Of a stretch of DNA of 64,000 nt, positions 58,431 through 64,000 are shown piece after piece (position 1 is the first letter of the stretch; each line of letters opens with the position of its first letter). The position numbers were made by a program, and so were the translations under genes. Source of the stretch: Carpediemonas membranifera BICM (lineage: Eukaryota; Protista; Fornicata); NCBI GenBank assembly GCA_019828565.1, contig JAHDYR010000062.1, forward strand, positions 483,666 through 547,665, written 5' to 3'. Below the pieces are notes generated by a model. It was not told the DNA's origin. It ran no database searches and saw only the letters and a list, made by a program, of their open reading frames with translations.

Positions 58431-58934
58431 ATGACGGCAGACAGAGCCCTAACGCAGTGTGTAAGCGATCTATGTATGGTTAATTCATCCATTTCTGCAG
58501 TATTACCGCGTCTCGACGATGCGATTGAGTTCTTTGACGCGACGCCGCCCAGTTCAGCCCGTGGTGATCTTGTGGATAACCTCACAGCAAGCCTAACGAT
58601 CTTTAGCAATCACATAGCCCGCCTAATGACTGTTGAATCACGCCTCCAGCTTGCAATCCGGCACCCCCAGTCTGAACGGACAGCAGCTCTCTCCCGCGGC
58701 AACGACACCGAGATCCGCGACCAGACCACACAAGAGGACGATGGAATACTTCATATATCCCCAGCTACTGTCTCCCCGCGCCTATCCCCGCTTTCACCTC
58801 GACGCCCGCCCCTCAAGCGTCTCAAAGACACGCCAAACCCGCAGCAACATAAGGAGGGGAAGCCTCGGGCAGTGCGGTCATTGTATGGCGAGATGAAGCA
58901 AGGGAACACGCCCCTCGGATACTGGAAGGAGTGA
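58431..58934 (+). CDS. Hypothetical protein (167 aa)
   Basis: ATG-initiated ORF in divergent orientation to SAPS, with a helical N-terminal half; no motif recognised. Confidence 0.45.
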   Translation: MTADRALTQCVSDLCMVNSSISAVLPRLDDAIEFFDATPPSSARGDLVDNLTASLTIFSNHIARLMTVESRLQLAIRHPQSERTAALSRGNDTEIRDQTTQEDDGILHISPATVSPRLSPLSPRRPPLKRLKDTPNPQQHKEGKPRAVRSLYGEMKQGNTPLGYWKE

Positions 58935-59312
58935 GTCTGGAGACTTCGGCTCGTCGCGGGCACAACGTCGAATATGGTACTTGTGTATACATTCATCTTT
59001 AAACACTCTGCTTATCGGTGGCGCGACATCCTACGCACCTTAGTGCGGGCTGTGGTGGGATCCCACCACAGCCCGGGACCCATGACACAGGATGGATGGA
59101 GGGGAGCTCAGTTTCCAGCGCTGTCGTGTCTGCTGCAGGGCGTGGTTCGCGACGCATGGCTGGCTGAAACTTTTGGAGGATGTCAGAATTGACAAAGTGG
59201 ACTTTCGTTCGAAAGGGACAAAATTTGTATCACTACGACAAGGAGTTGCTGCTACCCCCTGGCAGACGCAGTTGGCCTGTTTCGCGGAGCTGAGATTTTT
59301 TCTTGCAGACAG

Positions 59313-62300
59313 ATGAACTCGAACGAAGGCGACAAGAGCCAGATACAGCGACAAAGTGTACTGCTCGGAAATTCCGCCCTTCCTGCTGCAGTAGCTAGTA
59401 CTCCTGCAGCTCAGACGCAACAAGCTGCTCTTCAGGCCGCTGTCGTGCAACCTGCGCTCGGCGTGATCCCACCGCAACAATCAGCTGTTCAACAGAGCGC
59501 AGGTGTTGCCGGTGTGAATGTGGACCGTATTCGCCAGCGCCTTGATGCCGAGCACCGCGCACAGCTTGATGAGATCCTTGCCCAACGGGCCCCCATCAAA
59601 GCAGTCCAGCGCGCCCCCGCACCGGCTCCAGTTGAGAGCAAGAGCAACGTTCTTCAGGTAGAGATCGAGCGCACCAAGGAGGACCGTGATCGGGTCCTCG
59701 GCCGCTACCCGCCCGCGGACAAGCGCACCGAGGACGAGCAGGCTCGGTACGACAAGCTGAAGGCCCACTACGACGCCCTCATCAGCCGTATGTCCTCAGC
59801 CCACGATAAGGACGCCGGCAGACCCCAGGAGCAGGTGCAGAGGCCCACCCAGCAGCTATACCAGCCCCAGCCACCCCAGCAGGCCCCCCAGCAGCCGCAG
59901 CACGTACTCCCAGCCCCCCAGCCGAAGCCCCAGTCCGCAGGCGCGGCCGCAGTTGCCAGTGCCAATGCCAACAGCGTGGTCCCTCGTGCCACTGCGCTCG
60001 TCGCCCCCAAGGCCGAGCCCGTCTCCGCCCAGCCCGCCAACACAGACCGCCCCGTGAACCCGCTCATGGAGGCCCGGCAGTTCCTGGGATTCATCCAGGA
60101 GAAGTACCGGCATGATTCAGAGGTGTACGCGGAGTTCGTCAAGTCCATGCAGGATTACCGCCGCAAGGTGCTATCGACACTAGAGGTGGTGATGAAGTTC
60201 CGGCAGTTGGTCGGGGCGGACCCCTCAATCCTGACGAAGTTCAACGCCTTCCTGCCCGAGAAGTACCGCTTCGACGACCAAGGGAACTATTCCGAGCACG
60301 TCAAGGCCAAGATGAAGAAGCGTCACATCTCTGACGCCGTCATGGCTCCCGCCAAGGGACACAAACCCGACCCAGCTCGCGCCGCCGTGGTTGAGGCCGC
60401 CCTCGCCGCCCCCGTCCAACAACCCCGCCCCATACCTGACGAACCCAACTCGGACTTCGCCACGGCTGAGAGCAGGAACAACATGCTGAGAGTGGCCAAG
60501 GACTACATCATGCAGGTCCGTAAGAAGCTGTTTGCTCCTACGATGACCGAGGGAGATATGCTCAAGGAGCAGAAGCTGTACAACGCATTCCTGGACGTCC
60601 TCAAGCAGTACCGTCAGCAGCAGATCAGGACGCTGGGCGTGGTGCAGACGATCGACACGCTCTTCAGAGGCCACCCCGACCTCCGCCACGGCTTCCTGGT
60701 CTTCCTGCCCGAGGACTGGAAGCAGTACACGATCGACACGTACAACTGGCCCGCCACTGGGGATGAGGCCCAGGAGCAGGTCGCCAAGCAGGCCGCCAAG
60801 GGCAGGAAGCGCCGCAAGCAGTACGTGTACTACGCCGAGTCTGGGTCCGAGGACCTCGACGAGGAGATCAACGCCGCCCGGGCCGCCGCATCCAGGTCTT
60901 CCCGACGCCGCCAACTCGCGGCCAAGACAGTTGTGGTCAACCCGCCCTCGCCGGTCCCCGCCCGCGAGCGGATGCCGCACTCAGACTGGTTCTCCTATGC
61001 CCTGTACACTGTGATCGAGGACGCCATGGCCGACGCCTTCCTGCAGTACTCCAAGGAGAACGTCAGCGACGACGTCATGACCCAGCTGGGGCCTCTGTAT
61101 GTCTTTGACGAGTCCGGCACGATCGTCTCAGTCCACAAGGAGGGTTGGGCTGCCTGCTTCGCGGAGGTCATCTGCAACGGCCTGCTCCAGGCCAAGACGC
61201 TTCAGACCCACATGGAGTATTTCGACGAGCACAAGCCGGCCTTCATGGCGCTCTTCCAGCCCTTCACGGCGACCAACGTGCTCGAGCAGTACGACATGAC
61301 GCCCACCACCATGTTTGACGAGCTCTCGATCCTCTTCACCAACACCGACCTGGTCGATCCCCGCCTCATGGTCGGCCGCAGCACCGCCCTCAAGGCTAGG
61401 GGCTCCCTCGCCATCAAGCTGCAGCAGTACCTCGACGCCCGGTCCCAAGCCCCCGATGCAGAGGGGCAGGAGGAGGCTGACACTGCAGATTACGCCCTCT
61501 ACCACCCCATCGGGCTCTACGGCGCCTCCGTGGACGCCCTGCTGCGGTTGTCGAACGACACTGGCCGGCACCTCGCCCCCTTCGACGCCCGTATCCGGGA
61601 GCTGACAGTCTCCCGGCCGGTGGAGCCCGATCCCTTCGCCACGCTGCTCCGCCTCATCCCACACGACATGGTCACCCGCAGCGGCGTGTACAAGGCGAAG
61701 AAGCCCCACCGCCAGACGGTCATCGACCGCCTCCGCACGTGGCAGCGGCACGACCGGTCCTACGTCAAGCAGCCCGACAGCGAGCGGGCCCCCGTGTCCA
61801 CCGGCATGGACAGCGTCGGGGAGTCTGTGCTCAACACAACGTACCGCACCATCCCGTACTACGCCTTCGACGAGCTCGATAAGACCGACAAGAAGGCCAA
61901 GGCCGCCGCTGAGTTCGACGAGGAGGCTGCCTCGCGCCACTCTGCCTCCAACGTCTGCGTCACCAACGCCGCCTGCGACGACCTCGCCTTGCTCGAGGAC
62001 GAGCGCCTCGTGCACGACATCCACATCAAGCGGACTGAGATCGTCCTCGACAAACTCAAAGCGTACCAGCGCGTCCGGCCCACGACGCCCGGTATCCTCG
62101 GCGACGTCGACATCCACCACCTCTCCTTCATCTACGGCCCCAGCGCCCCCGAGCTGATGGAGCTCATCCGGACCCGACCAGACAAGGTCGTGCCCGTGCT
62201 CGTCAGCAGACTCGAGGCCAAGCTCGAGGTGATGCGGTCGCAGGTGGACGACCTCATGGGGACGTGGTACAGGAGGGCGGCCATCGCCTGGCCCCGGTCC

Positions 62301-63965
62301 TGCGATCTCGAGGGCAACAGGTTCAGATACAGGGACCGCCGCACACTCAACGCCCGCACGCTGCTGCTCGACCTCCTGTTCCGCACGGAGCACACCGCGG
62401 CGGACTCGGATAAGGAGGTGCGGCACGACTGGCTCGCACAGTCGAACTACGTGACCCACCTCATGTCCGTCCAGGGCAAGGAGCTCGACGAGTGGAGCAC
62501 GTTCGACATCTGCACGCACCTAGACGACCTGGCCCCCACGCGGCCCGTGTCCCTGCGGTGGCCCGACCTCTCTGTCGCCTCGACTCTGCGGTCCATGCCT
62601 ACGGAGGAGGAGGTCGCCGCCTCGGGATTCACCATCTCCATCGAGGGCGCACGCAAGGTCAGACGCCTCCTGCGGGATGACCTCGGCCAGTTCCTCGGGC
62701 TCGACCAGGAGACCGTCTCCTCTGGCCTGGTCGACGGCAACGACGCCCGCACCGCCGCTGCCCCCAAGACCTCCAGGGCCTACCGCGCCCTATTCACAGT
62801 TGCCGAGCAGGCCCAGTCGGCCCCCAACTCACCAGAACCTCGGCCCCGAACAAGGGTGAGTGTGGGCCACGAGTCGGAGCCTGACAAGGCGATGGTGGTG
62901 ACCAGGTTGACCCGGTCGCAGGCGAAGGGCGACGATGTCGACGTAGCGTTTACTCTCGAGGACGCTGATACGATACTGAAGACGAGACCGCGGCGGGCAC
63001 GACGGACTGCACCGGAGAAGCGGGCCCATCTCGAGGAGGAGGAGTCGCAGGAAGACGAGCGGGAGGAGGAGCCCGAGGCTAAGGCGCACAGTGACGCCGA
63101 GGCACCCACCGCTCACTCTGTAGCCACTACAGAGGCGTTCAACCTCCACGCCGTCGTCAAGGCGCTCCAGGTGAACTCCACGCCCGGCACCCTACCCGCG
63201 CTTGCCCTCAACACCCCTTCCGCGGACGCCGTGCGGGCAGCGGTGCACTGCGTCATCACCACGGCCTCGAGCAATAACAAGGCGCCGTGCCAGTACGTCT
63301 GCGCCGCTGTGGGCAACCGTCTGCTCGCCCCCGATGCCGAGGACGTCACCATGGTGGTCTCTGCCCCGCTGTACGCCATGATCCGCATGGTGTGGGCCCT
63401 GGCGAGTCGGTTCGACCTCGTCGTGGATGCCGCGGCCAGCAACAGTCGCGACAGGTTCAAGGGGCCTAGCGCCTGAGGTCTTCGTCCAGCGTTGCCGCGA
63501 CAGCCTCCCCGTCGACCCCGATCCCGCTGTGCCGGAGGGCGAGGCCGGCATCCGCATGGCCACCCGGGACGACATCATCGCCCACAAGCGCGCCCCCCAG
63601 ACCTTCGTAGAGATCGAGCGCAAGCCTGTGAGCCGCAGCGACATCCTGCAGGAGTGCCAGCGGTCGATCGAGCGGGTCTGCTCGAACCACGTCGAGCAGG
63701 CCGAGTTCGAGACCACGGGCGGGCTGTGTGCGGGCCCCACGCCTATCCCATATGGACAGCACGGCGCCTCATCAGCCACGTCCAGAAGCTCGCCACGAAC
63801 CTCTATGCGTGCCCCTGGTCGCGCTGGCAGCTCGCTCTGTTGGCCGGTGCCGACGAGGGTGACAGCGGTCTACCCTTCCCTTCTCTATCAACGGCGAAGG
63901 ATGACGCGCCCAACTTTGTGGCGATTGAGAAGAAGGCCGGCATGCTTGGGGCCTGGCTGGTTTAA
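59313..63965 (+). CDS. SIN3: Sin3-family paired-amphipathic-helix co-repressor; two compensating 1-nt indels near 63462 and 63711 are likely errors
   Basis: PAH repeats EARQFLGFIQ...YAEFVKSMQDY...FNAFLP and AKDYIMQVR...YNAFLDVLKQY...LFRGHPDLRHGFLVFLP. HDAC-interaction region RSYVKQP...SVLN...EDER...IYG...VPVLVSRL. Copy 2 has the uninterrupted frame at both indels. Confidence 0.9.
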
Positions 63966-64000
63966 GATAAATGTGATATTGGATGGATAAGGTGATGTTG
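63814..64000. repeat. Source sequence of the 298-bp unit (opposite orientation) at the 3' end of the intact Sin3 gene
   Basis: Reverse complement of part of the array unit; runs off the end of the window. Confidence 0.9.

Overview
Eukaryotic (protist) genomic DNA. The 28-nt introns ending CTCACACAG and the RCC1-like and TmcB-like families suggest a metamonad such as a Carpediemonas-like fornicate (inference). The left ~38 kb is a nest of mobile elements built on a 298-bp satellite derived from the 3' end of a Sin3 gene. It holds three APE-type non-LTR retrotransposons: A (1435-19068, 14-bp TSD, RT deleted), B (21968-32671, 17-bp TSD, apparently full length) and C (33695-37733, truncated, same family as A). 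A and B end in (TTTC)n tails. Two young chromodomain Ty3/Gypsy elements with very short LTRs (66 and 124 bp) and palindromes in place of a tRNA primer site are nested inside A, and two putative DNA-transposon ends are present. The main finding is that the very large ORF1 of both LINE families carries a DEDDh-type exonuclease domain with an E-C-H-C zinc motif, the signature of Maelstrom (MAEL) and arenavirus nucleoprotein exonucleases. This points to a retrotransposon-encoded RNA nuclease that could act against silencing (hypothesis). The right part contains an inverted, internally deleted duplication (Sin3 plus an RCC1-like gene), gene fragments, a Crinkler-like nuclease-kinase gene, and ordinary genes (CCT3, SAPS/PP6R, a CPI-motif protein, Sin3). 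Many frameshifts fall in homopolymer runs and are probably long-read errors.
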